Source: an uncultured Methanosarcinaceae archaeon (GTDB lineage: Archaea > Halobacteriota > Methanosarcinia > Methanosarcinales > Methanosarcinaceae). From it: a stretch of DNA of 64,000 nt. Shown piece by piece: positions 1 to 10,805 of the stretch. Position numbers and translations under genes: made by a program. The stretch covers positions 128,001 to 192,000 of the forward strand of contig CAVTET010000006.1 in assembly GCA_963733675.1 (NCBI GenBank), written 5' to 3'. Numbering within the stretch: position 1 is the first letter of the stretch; each line of letters begins with the position of its first letter. The notes beneath the pieces were generated by a model. It was not told the origin of the DNA, ran no database searches, and was given only the letters and a program-made list of their open reading frames with translations.

Positions 1-369
1 AATTGCTTTTATGTCCCTTATAAGCAATGGGCCAGAATTTAGAGTTTATTGAAATCCTATAACAATAATGGATGTTAGATATATTTCGATTTTTGAATAT
101 TATTTTGTAATAAAGTATAAATAAAAAAATGCTGTTATACATACTAAAAGAAGTAGTTTGGTTTCCAAAGTATTATTTTCTTTCTTTTACGTTGCGCTCT
201 CTCAAAATTCCGAGATTTATATATATGAATGAATCTTTAGGAATATTTTTTTATACTGTTGATCCTTCTACTAGTTGATTGGCATCAAAAGTTAGTGATA
301 TTACATTAATTAGTGGTTCTATGTATATTTGCTATGCGGATCTACTTGTAATTCTTTATTTAATATTTT

Positions 370-2454
370 ATGCGCAAAGAGCTGAAATTTTTGATAAATA
401 AACGCAAATTATGTTCTATAATATTGGTATCAACAATCATGAGTTTAATGTTTTTGAGTAACGTAGCTGCAGCAGTTGCATCAATATCTGTTTTTCAAGA
501 TTCAGGTAAAGTTAATTACGTAATTCAGGTGATTTTAAGTCCATCTCTGAACATAACAAAGTCAGTTTCTCCAACAACTTATTCTGCTGTAGGACAGAAT
601 ATCACATACAACTACACTATAACTAACTCAGGAAATGTGGATCTCACAGGAAATATTACAGTTGCAGACAACAAAACTGGAACATTCAATATAACCAGTA
701 ACGGTCTTAACGTAGGGAAAAATGTTACAGGAACAGCGAACGACACAATACACCAGTCAGACATTGATGCTGGTTATGTGACCAATTCAGCGAATGCTAC
801 ATGTTCATTCAGCAATGAACTATACACCTCAAAAGATACTACTGCAAGAATAAATATAACTCAGAATCCAGTTCTGACACTAGTGAAGTTAGCATCTCCA
901 ACAACTTATTCCTCTGTAGGACAGAATCTCACATACACCTACACTGTAACTAACTATGAAAATTTAAATTTCAAAGGAAATATTACGGTTACAGACAACA
1001 AAACTGGAACATTCAATATATCCAACGTGGATATTGCCCCAGGCCAAAATATTACAGGGATATCAAACTATACAATAACACAGCCTGATCTAGATGCTGG
1101 TTCTGTGATCAATATAGCGTATGTATTGGGAGTATTCAATATATCAAACCCGGATCTTGCTCCAGTTCAAAATGTTAAAGGGCCATCAAACTACACAATA
1201 ACGCAGCCAGATCTAGATGTCGGTTCTATGACCAATACTGTGTATGCAACACACAATATTATAAATTCAAACTATGCTATTTCGATGGTAAAATTCATAA
1301 TATTTCCTTTAGCAAATTTTAGTGCCAATGTAACCAGTGGTTATGCTCCGCTTTCTGTGAAGTTTACCGACCTTTCGACGAATGTAATTGAATGGAACTG
1401 GTCCTTTGGAGATGGAGCTTATTCAAATCAGTCGAATACAATACATACTTTTGCTGCAGAAAACTATACAGTTAATGAGACTGTCAGTAACACAAATGGT
1501 AGATATTCAAAAATTGCTAAAATCTATGTTTTGAAATCTATTCCTACAATTACCTGGAGTAATCCTGCTGACATAGTCTATGGAACACCATTAAACAGCA
1601 CTCAGCTAGATGCAAATGCTTCAGTACCTGGAACTTTTGAATATATCCCACAATCTGGAACTTTACTGAATGTAGGTGTGCAACAAACATTGGATAGTAC
1701 TTTCACACCGAAAGATAGTGTTAACTTATAACATCAGCGAATGTTTTGATCAATGTAACACCATCTGTGCAGGGTGTAGCTCTGACAATAGTAAAATCAG
1801 CATACCCAGCAAGTTATAACGCTGTAGGGCAGACTATCACATACACCTACACTGTAACTAACTCAGGGGATGTGGATATCTCAGCACCTATTAATGTTAT
1901 AGATGATAAGTTTGGTACAGCATCTATACAAAGCAGTGGTATCCTTAGGCCAGGTTCAAGTGTTCAGAATACATATTCCTACAGAATAACACCAGTCGAT
2001 ATTAATGCAGGTTCTGTGACAAATTTAGCTTATGCAACAGGTTCATTAAACAACAACTCAATAATTTCACCACACACCGTTGCACTAGTTCTCTATAAAC
2101 AGCCAACCAATGACAGAGATAACAATGGTGGACCTGACAATGGTGATTATGGTAGCTATTTTGGATATAACAATGGTGGTTATGGAGGTTGTGGTGATGC
2201 TGTAGACCCTGTACCAATGATGTATGTATGGCAGTGCACCTTATGTATATGGCAGTGACTCTACTGGCACAACAGATTCTAGGACAACAGAAGTGCCAAA
2301 TTCGGAATCTTATGGCTACAAGGTAAATGTTTCTTCGTCTGAATGTTCCAAGGCTAAATTGAGTGGTTCCAAAGCTAATGTTTATTTGAGTAAACATAAG
2401 CAAAAAAAGCACTTCAAACACCATAAAGCAAAAAAATCATCAAGTGTAAAGTAG
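370..2454 (+). pseudogene. Cell-surface protein (signal peptide, DUF11/DUF7507-like Ig repeats, PKD domain, basic His/Lys tail), split by two frameshifts
   Basis: ORFs 370-1731, 1746-2258 and 2224-2454 are contiguous. Repeated 'K.ASP..YS.VGQ.ITYTYTVTN.G' units and PKD motif 'PLANFSANVTSGYAPLSVKFTD...WNWSFGDG'. The frame breaks near 1728 and at a TGTA duplication near 2221. Confidence 0.75.
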
Positions 2455-2778
2455 ATCAAAAAATAGTTGGATTTCGATTCCATTTAATGGAATAGTGAGT
2501 GAAACGACAGACTCAGATCCTAGCTTTCGATGATCTATAAATTGTGGTGGCCTGATGTTCCAAGACAATGATTTCAAAATTAAATATGAGTTCATTCGTG
2601 GTCAATCTAAATAGATAATATACAAGGAAGTAGCCATATCAAGTATAATGACTATATGGTGGAATATCCCCCGGCATCAGTGGTCATACTGGTCATCCTG
2701 TATTATAATCGTGAAAAAAAATCAAAGTAAAAGATGGTGATAAGGGAAATAAGGCAAACAAAAGAAAGCTCAAAATAG

Positions 2779-2927
2779 TTTTCTGGTACAAAAAATCTGG
2801 CTTTGTTGCAAAATCAATGAAAAACTTCACAATTAGGAAAGTTAATCAATATCGTCAAGGGGAAATGGTACACAAAGGTAAAAATTATAGTATCAAACTG
2901 CGGAAATATTATTTTTGTATAACAACC
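2779..2927 (+). mobile_element. IS6-type MITE, 149 bp, ends partly eroded
   Basis: Near-perfect reverse complement of 3613-3761. Ends resemble the GGTTCCGTTGCAAAAA TIR of the IS6 at 7715-8567. Confidence 0.8.
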
Positions 2928-3157
2928 GTGATACTATAACCTCAGGAATGATTCAAATGAATATCATCGGCACATAAAATAGGATGGAATCAACAGATAT
3001 AGAATTAACGACGAATGGGAATAAAATTAACGACCAAATTATTGGTTGTCCACTATACAAGATTGGTGTTTTCAAGATAGAATGCCTAACGCGACTTTTG
3101 ATGGCGTTTCGATGCTTTTGCACACGAACGACCAAATTTTTAAGGAGGAAATGAATT

Positions 3158-3567
3158 ATGACATCGCAAATCGATGAACCCAATCAATTCGACCTGCATG
3201 GGATCGAACACAGGCATATGGATGTACATATTAGCTATTCGACAAACCAGCATCACAAGCAAACCTCTTTTTAACTATAAAGACTTGAAAGGCACACATA
3301 ACTTTACAGGAGATGAAATCCGGACACAAAAAACGGTTGTTGGTACGATGGTTACTGTGACCTTAGAGAGCGTTCCGGATCTCCATGTTATAACGTTGAC
3401 TTTGCTAGTGCCTGTTATCAACCTCGATCGTTCAGAACGAAAATTTAAAACTATCGCGATCCGAACGACTAACAAGACCACTATCTCCGGGGATAGCCTC
3501 GTTAAAGGAGCACAATCCTATGAAGTAATAAACCTCCAAGGAACCTGCTGATAGTGTCATATCTTAA
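3158..3567 (+). pseudogene. Conserved hypothetical beta-rich protein (about 135 aa), frameshifted near both ends
   Basis: AGGAGG at ~3143 precedes ATG 3158 (MTSQIDEPNQFDLHG...ISYST). A frameshift near 3245 joins the 3174-3551 frame. A second shift near 3546 gives ...GTADSVIS*. Confidence 0.55.
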
Positions 3568-3612
3568 GTTAGAGAGCATCGTAAAAGGACTGGGAGCCTA
3601 GCCAAAAATTAT

Positions 3613-3761
3613 GGTCCTGGTGCAAAAATAATATTTCCGCAGTTTGATACTATAATTTTTACCTTTGTGTACCATTTCCCCTTGACGATATTGATTAACT
3701 TTCCTAATTGTGAAGTTTTTCATTGATTTTGCAACAAAGCCAGATTTTTTGTACCAGAACC
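3613..3761 (-). mobile_element. IS6-type MITE, 149 bp, TIRs GGTCCTGGTGCAAAAA / TTTTTGTACCAGAACC
   Basis: Imperfect 16-bp terminal inverted repeats, no coding capacity, inverted twin at 2779-2927. Confidence 0.85.
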
Positions 3762-3765
3762 CAGA

Positions 3766-6073
3766 TTAGAACCCAGCGGTCACCACCAGAGCAAAATCCT
3801 GCTTCATATTGGTTTCGGTTGCGTTTGTCAAACCTGGTGCACAAACTACACGAACCGTGTAGGTACCTAGCTGCGGTACGTTGAGGACAACTTGTTGAAC
3901 ATTGTTGTTTTCAGGACCTATCGGCGTTATTGTCCCATCTGGAGCAGTAATCGACAGGTGCAGTTTGTTGACGAGAACTTCTCTAATATTTGGGCTACCT
4001 GGGTAATCTGTCCATACAAGAGTTGTTCGGAATGGGACTGATGTATTTACGACTGTGAAAATATAAATTCTCTGATCTCCAGGTCCCACTGCATCTGCTG
4101 ATGAGTCACAGAATTCAATCTTTGATGGATTAGGGGGGAATAGAGCCTGATCTATTTGATGCGGCCCCAGCCCTCGTTGTTGTTCGGCACCGTGCCGACT
4201 TAGGGGGGTTATACTGATTTTTCATCGGCACAGCACCGTGGATAAGTACGGCTTTGATAAGAGCTGCTGATGGATTCGGGAATAATTCCTTTTGTAGATA
4301 CTGTCTTATGAGAGCAACAGCCTCAGCAGTAATCGGAGTGGCCATGCTGGTTCCTCCGTCGAACTTGTAGTAAGGCGGGGGCGTATCCCCTGGCAGGAAC
4401 AACTCCCATCCAGGGTCATTCGAAACACTAGAACGCACGGAGAGGATATTAGTTCCGGGAGCCACCTCATCGGGCTTGATTCGACCGTCGGCCATAGGTC
4501 TCAGACTGCTGAATGCAGCCATTCCATCAGGATTATCTGACACGTGATCCATATAGATATGTGGGGCTGGGAAATCACTCGGCCACCCCCTTCCATAAGT
4601 ATCATCTATACCAATAGAAACCGATGCTTTTGGCCGATAGTTTTCGGATGCGTCAACTGTGATACAATTCTTGGCAGTTGCCTGTACTGCGAGAGAATTG
4701 TTGTCGATAATGCCATCTCCTTTTCCAGCTCTATCGGCATCTTTTCCTTCGTTTCCCGCAGCGAACAAAATGACTGCGTTCTTGTTGTTCCATATGAACT
4801 CATCAATGACCTGGCTTTGTGCAGTATACTGGCCATAAAGCGAATTTCCAGAGACATCCTCAGAACCATCCCAGCTATTGCTGAAAATTCTCGCGCCATC
4901 ATCATAGGACTGCTGGAAAAGTTCTTTAAGGTCGTTCGGAATGCCATAAAGGCCATATCCATCTTGAAAATATTGTTCCACAGCTTGAAAGACGAGACTA
5001 GCTTTATAGGCCATTCCACGAATTTCGCAATTTGACTGCGCACCGTCACCTAGTATCGATCCTGCAACATGGGTCCCATGGCCACTATCGCTATCTGCAG
5101 CGCTGTCATCTTCGTGATTGTTATCAAACTGGACAGGCCAGCTGCGAATGGAAACAATCCGGCCTCTGAAATCAGCGTGCATGGTGGTATCATTAACTCC
5201 TGTATCCAAGCCTGTATCCGCCACAGCCACTATCTGTCCTTCGCCATCAAGACCGTGATCATTCCATACGGCTGTACGCCGATGATCTTGCAACGTCGTT
5301 GAATAGTTTAGGCACAGCAATTGGCTCTCAATCCATTGCACACTTGAAAGTTCTGCCAACGCAGCAATATGTGCAGCATCTAAGGATATGCGCAGAGAAT
5401 TTGTATCGGTTGCGATGACAGTTCCGCCAAGGCGCTCAACCTCCTGTCTGACAGCTGTCATATCTTCAGCTTTATGCAGTAACACGCGTAAGCTGCCCAT
5501 CGGAGTGGCCTTGAATGCCTCCGCGGAAATCGCCGCGGTATGAAAAGCTGTTGGTGTGATCTTATCGTGAGAACCCATTAGCACCGAGCTGATTTTATAG
5601 GCAGGTTTGTAGGGACCAACCCAACGAACGAATTCAAGCTTAGAAACCTTATCTTTTACTCCCAAGGTCATCTGCACCAGAAAAGCGTTGTCAGGAATAT
5701 AATCACCTACTTTCCCTCCAATTTCTCGGACCGCATCAATCCATTCAGACTTAACTGGGCCAACAAACTGAACAATCCAGTAATTTTCTTCAGTCTAACT
5801 AGCTTCAATTAAGGGAGACTCCATTGCTTTTGGAGCAGCTGGGACTTTAATTGCCGGATAGAACTCTACAGATTGAAGTTTGATAGTCTTCCCGCTTATA
5901 AGTCGCTCCAGATGGAATCCTTCATTTTTGAGTTGCTCAGCTTGTGCTTCATCCACTTCGGCGGTTATGCTGCCAGGGTAAGTTGCTAGTACACGGAAAA
6001 CGGAAGCTTCTACCTTACGCCGTTTATCTTGCTCTCTATCGTCAACGTAAATCACTACCTGCTCAGTACTCAT
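3766..6073 (-). pseudogene. S8 subtilisin-like serine protease (Kp43-like) with C-terminal beta-barrel, fragmented
   Basis: Catalytic motifs VADTG, GHGTHVAG and GGTSMATP plus FAAGN. C-terminal 'TLVWTDYPG...VN.LHL...NNVQQV'. Split into 5795-6073, 4130-5677 and 3766-4089. GC higher than flanks. Confidence 0.85.
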
Positions 6074-6357
6074 TTTTTTACTCCTCCTTATTTTTCGAAT
6101 GTTTTTATCGACTAATCAATTGCAATTGGTACTATTTGTTGTCTTAAAATTAATTCCGTGACTATGATAAAGTGCCATCCTATAACCGAGCCAAAGTACC
6201 ACTCCATAGTCAATATATGTTTGAATTTGCCCATTATCCAATTGGAGAAATGATTTGAACTTTAACAGGCCTTTAAGGATTAATTATGAGATTTTTGATT
6301 TTATCAAAATCTAAATACAGTTTTTCCCTGAGCTATTTTTAATTAATGGTATAAATA

Positions 6358-6627
6358 ATAGTTTCTGAATAAAATTTACGTTGCCATAAAATTTAACTAT
6401 ATAACAAATAGTTGATGAATAAAATTTACGTTGTCATAAAATTTAACTATATAAAAAATAGTTCATGAATAAAATTTATTTTGTCATGAATTTTCAATCT
6501 ATGGAAATACTGTTTTAATAAAATTTACTTTGTCATAAGATATGTCAAAATAGAATTAGAATTTAATATTGATTCTATTTTTGTTATTCTCGGCGATTTT
6601 TATTATAAACAGAAAGGTAAGTTGGAT
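6358..6627. repeat. Four ~50-bp AT-rich tandem units plus a tail homologous to 20905-21025
   Basis: Unit core AATAAAATTTA(C/T)(G/T)TTG(C/T)CAT recurs at 6368, 6418, 6468 and 6517. Confidence 0.8.
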
Positions 6628-6839
6628 TGGAAAAAATTTATTTGTTAAAAATTAAAATAAGTATGTGTTTACCTATACTTTGAGGTTTGTGAGTTAGGGT
6701 ATTAATGAATAAAATATTAATAGAGAGTTCACTTTGAGAATATACATAGTTTTTGTGTCAAAATCGATGCATTTATCTTGAGTTCTTCAAGGATCAAGAC
6801 ATTACTGTAAGATCTCTCATATCCCTTTAAAAGGAAGCT

Positions 6840-7190
6840 TTATTCAAAATTTCTTTCTTCTCGTATCTTTTCAATAGCCATTTTTGGTTCAGGTAATCTT
6901 TCATTTGCAGTATTCCAGACAGCACTCAAATTTACACCAAAGTAAGCATGAATTATAACACCCCTAATTTCAGCCATTTTTCTCCAGGGAACGAGTGGAT
7001 ACTCTTTTCTAATTTTTTCCGGAATATGCTTTGGTGCTTCCCCAATAATTTCAAGTGCATAGTTCAAGGCAAAAATTGTTTTTTCATCGGAAACAAATTG
7101 ATCGAAATCCATTCCTTCAATAAAACGTTCACAACTTTTAATCGTCTCAAGGATATCCTGCAGATAATTTCCAACATTATGCTCGATCAT
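6840..7190 (-). CDS. HepT-like (DUF86) HEPN ribonuclease toxin
   Basis: 'YLQDILE...LEIIGEA.K.IP...PW..MA.IRGVIIHAYF.VN...VW' with the Rx4H motif. Its ATG overlaps the upstream MNT stop. Confidence 0.85.
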   Translation of the reverse strand: MIEHNVGNYLQDILETIKSCERFIEGMDFDQFVSDEKTIFALNYALEIIGEAPKHIPEKIRKEYPLVPWRKMAEIRGVIIHAYFGVNLSAVWNTANERLPEPKMAIEKIREERNFE

Positions 7191-7518
7191 ACCTGCAGGA
7201 GGTCTTCAAGAATCCGTTTTCCAATTCCAGATTTTAACGCATCCTTCATGACAAGATCCACTTCTACACCGAGTATTTCTGAAAGCTCCTGCTTGAGCCC
7301 GATGAATTCGAAGAGATCAGGTACTTTAGAGAATTCCACAAGAATATCAAGGTCACTATCCTCTTTTTGTTCACCGCGAATGTAAGAACCAAAAATACCC
7401 TGATAGCTGATATTATACTCTTGTGTAAGTTTCTGAAGATGCTGCCGTATGATTTTTGAGAAATATGCTGCATCTTTTGTTTTTTATCGCTTGATTTAAT
7501 GGCGGTATTTACTGTCAT
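7187..7518 (-). pseudogene. Minimal nucleotidyltransferase (MNT) antitoxin, frameshifted
   Basis: An alternative minus frame from ~7400 reads GIFGSYIRGEQKEDSDLDILVEF...VDLVMKDALK (GSx10DxD motif) and is out of frame with the ATG at 7518. Confidence 0.8.
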
Positions 7519-7714
7519 GTGGCCTCATGATCCTTAATTTAAGTTATTACTCACGGAATTAGTCCTGTAATATATTTTGTGTTCCATACTTAAAATTAAG
7601 GCTCGATTAATCTGTGAAATTTAATCATAAAATACACTAAAAAGCAGTGTGCATAATTTTCTGTAGAATTCAAATCTATAGCGATTATAGCTAGGAAAAA
7701 GCTACACACTAGAG

Positions 7715-8567
7715 GGTTCCGTTGCAAAAACTTCAACAAAATATGTAAATCTATAAGTGATTAATAAAAATCAAAACATTCAAGGAAAATGTACTAACAT
7801 TATAAAACTATATCAAATAATTGATTAATGTATTTGACTTCATTAAGAACAGAGTAATTTAAATTATTGACTTATCTTTTTTGATCATATTTATAGCTTC
7901 AATTCCTTTTAAAGTCTTATTAGCAGATCGAAAAGACTGAAATCCTAACATTGGATTAACGATTCTCTTTATAGATCTGTGATCTTGTTCTATAATGTTA
8001 TTCAAATACTTGATTTGTCGAATGCCTACGTTTTTAGGTAGTATTTTATCATTTTTCAGTTTACCTATAGCAGGTGGATAAGCTGGATTCTTATCAACTG
8101 TTATTACTCTTGGAATTTGATTATGATTAGAACTCAAAGCTTTCTTAAAAAATATCTTCGCTGCATTTCGATTTCGTTTTGCACTTAACATGAAATCAAT
8201 TGTATCTCCATTTGAGTCAACTGCTCGGTAAAGATATTTCCATTTACCTTTTATTTTGATACAGGTTTCATCAACTTTCCACGAATCATTGTTGATCTTA
8301 AATGTCTTCTGATCTTCTTTTCTATTTCAGGGGAATATTGATATACCCATCTCACGATTGTTGTATGGTCGACTTTTGCTCCCCTTTCTATCATCATTTC
8401 CTTTAAATTTCTATAACTTAATGGATATTTTAAGTACCATCTTACATTTAATAGGATAATTTCTCCTTCATAATGCTTCCATTTAAAGGAATTAGATAGC
8501 ATATTACTATCTTTGATTTTCTTTTTATTTTATTGTATCATTAGAAAGGATTTTTTGCAACGGAACC
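7715..8567 (-). mobile_element. IS6-family insertion sequence (853 bp), transposase frameshifted
   Basis: Perfect TIRs GGTTCCGTTGCAAAAA / TTTTTGCAACGGAACC. ORFs 8251-8502 and 7859-8191 carry 'FKWKHY..EIILL.VRWYL.Y.LSYR' and 'YLNNIIEQDHR.IK'. One-base loss near 8290, no TSD. Confidence 0.93.
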
Positions 8568-8809
8568 ATCTGATGTATCAGAGATATCCATGCCTATTAC
8601 TTAAGTAGCAGAGCGTTGACGTTTAATCTTTAGCATGAAGATGTAAAGGGATTCAGAAATTATTAAGCATAACAATTAGTTTATTTAAATTCTAACAAAT
8701 AACACTGCTTTAAAGTGTGGAATTACAAGTTATAAATTTTTAAATTTTATAAGTAACTTTATATTTTAATAAATATATTTGATATTACTTATGTGGTTAA
8801 CTAATAAAC

Positions 8810-8847
8810 AAGTGGTATTAGAGTTTAAAAGTGGTATTAGAGTTTAA
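8810..8847. repeat. 19-bp perfect tandem duplication AAGTGGTATTAGAGTTTAA x2
   Basis: Read directly from the sequence. Confidence 0.7.
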
Positions 8848-9144
8848 ATTATCTCAATCGTAATCTTTATGCAAGATATCCTGGCGCTTAGAGTTTTTAT
8901 TTTCTACCTCATAACGCATAAATCATATTATTATTCACTATATCCATGGTAGACCAGCGACAGGCCAATATGAATAAACAGAAGCATATAAAGTTGATGT
9001 TTTTTACATCTGCAGCTTGAGAATAGATCGAAAAACAAATGGGAATCGATCAAAAAAAGAGAGGGGTTAGAAAAATAAACTCTTTCAGATCCATATTAAC
9101 TCTCTCAGATCCATATTTAGTGTCAATTATAGCAATGTATAGGA

Positions 9145-9567
9145 GTGAAATTGTTGAAACAATCAGTTAGTAGAATAAAAAATGTACCGCCGATTTTGCT
9201 GGCAGTCCTCTTTGTAGTGTCTTTAACAGTTACATCAGTGAGCGCATATCCTTATTATGATGATTATGGTGGCCCTGTTTGGGGATGGGGTGCAGTTCCC
9301 GCCGTTGGTGCAGTTCCCGCCGTTGGTGCAGTTCCCGCCGTTGGCGCAGTTCCCGCCGTTGGCGCAGTTTCAGCCGTTGGTGCAGTTCCCGCCGTTGGCG
9401 CAGTTTCAGCCGTTGGTGCAGTTCCCGCCGTTGGCGCAGTTTCAGCCGTTGGTGCAGTTCCCGCCGTTGGCGCAGTTTCAGCCGTTGGTGCAGTTCCCGC
9501 CGTTGGTGCAGTTCCCGCCGTTGGTGCAGTTCCCGCCGTTGGTGCAGTTTCAGGCCTTTGGATTTAA
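9145..9567 (+). CDS. Small secreted protein with 14 x GAV(P/S)AV hexapeptide repeats
   Basis: AGGA just upstream of GTG. Signal-peptide-like ILLAVLFVVSLTVTSVSA, then YPYYDDYGGPVWGW and an 18-bp repeat array. Confidence 0.7.
   Translation: MKLLKQSVSRIKNVPPILLAVLFVVSLTVTSVSAYPYYDDYGGPVWGWGAVPAVGAVPAVGAVPAVGAVPAVGAVSAVGAVPAVGAVSAVGAVPAVGAVSAVGAVPAVGAVSAVGAVPAVGAVPAVGAVPAVGAVSGLWI
9289..9552 (+). repeat. 18-bp coding minisatellite GG(T/C)GCAGTT(CCC/TCA)GCCGTT, ~14.5 copies
   Basis: Read directly from the sequence. Central part alternates Pro and Ser units, giving a 36-bp higher-order period. Confidence 0.95.
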
Positions 9568-10805
9568 TTGTGGAATGCTCACAATCTTGAGTGGGAATGG
9601 AAGTATTTAAGTGATAATGACAAAAACTGTCAATGAATAGCCTGTCTATGCTGTTTATATAAGGGTCGTAATGCTTCTGTGATCTTCGGAGAGAATACAC
9701 AAAAAGTCAGTAGAGATATTTCATGAAATTAGGATTGAGGCACCTAACTTCATTAAAATGAAAGTTTTGGTGTTACTTTAATTATGAAAGGAATTCTTCA
9801 AAATCAAATGTTTTGATCTTTCCTGAAGAGGCTTTTGAATGGTCTCTTGTTGCATTATTTATTCAACAGAATATCTCACATCAGAATCTGACAAGGTATC
9901 TTCATTTCTTCTGGGATAGTCAAAAATATTGAGGATCCTACACGATATATATTTGTCAATAAAAATTAAATAGAGTGATGAAAAGAAGAATCTCCGAGAT
10001 GACAGACCTGTACAGTGCTTCAAGTACATATTTTGCATCACTAAAAGAATACCTCGATTTGACGTAAAATCTATTGAATTTAAGGAAACAATCAAAATTT
10101 CAATTTAATTCTAAAGAAGAAATACTCAAGGTAGATTATCCGGCCTATGGTAATTTTAGCTCTGAGAGAAAAGTGGGCATTATAGAGTCAACAGAATTGA
10201 TTTACAGTAGCTGAGGACTCTATGAGAACTGAGTCCTAAATGAGTTTCGTTTTAACCCTTGGTAGTTATTGTAAGTATTGCAAACAGAAAAATGACTACT
10301 ACCATTACGGAAAAAATAACTGAATTAAAGGAAGACATGCTTCAATGCATAAAAATGTAGCATTCATTAAACTGAAAGTTTAATCATAAAGACATCAGTC
10401 ATCAATGATAGAGTATTCCTTCTTTTAGAAAATAACATAAGTATAAACAACATTTTGAAAAATAGCATTTGCTTAGAAATCTCAAAGATATTTTATGATT
10501 TCTTTAAAAATGTGACAGTTGCCACAATAAAACACTATATTTAGGAAGCTTAGAGGAATTCAAAAGCAAAGTTTAAATCATCTAAATTGAAACAATCTGG
10601 TCAAAAAAGAATCGACGATTTCTGAGTTTCAAAAAAGAGATAGAGGCTTGAAGCATGCCCATTCTTTAGGGTAGGTTGGAAGCACATAATTTATTTTTTT
10701 TAAATCCTTATTTCAGCTAGCTGATGCCAGTCAAAACTATTTCGAGGTAAATTTGCAAAGTTTAAGGATGCTAAAGTTTAATTAGTGCAGAGTCTGTAAT
10801 CCCAT

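Noticed and set aside
9289-9552. Possible CRISPR array
   Set aside because: Head-to-tail 18-bp units with no unique spacers and no cas genes. The same applies to the 50-bp units at 6358.
9145-9567. GAVPAV protein as substrate of the PatA-like protease
   Set aside because: It lies 9 kb away, has a Sec-type signal rather than an LPxQxxPVxR leader, and has no recognition sequences between repeats.
9230-9700. Alternative-frame ORFs over the 18-bp repeat (RRELHQ, VQFPPL, CSSRRW repeats)
   Set aside because: Shadow frames of a stop-free repeat. Only the 9145 frame has an RBS and a signal peptide.
10645-10690. IS200/IS605-end-like hairpin relics (also ~13575-13610 and ~32080-32115)
   Set aside because: Too short and degenerate to call confidently.
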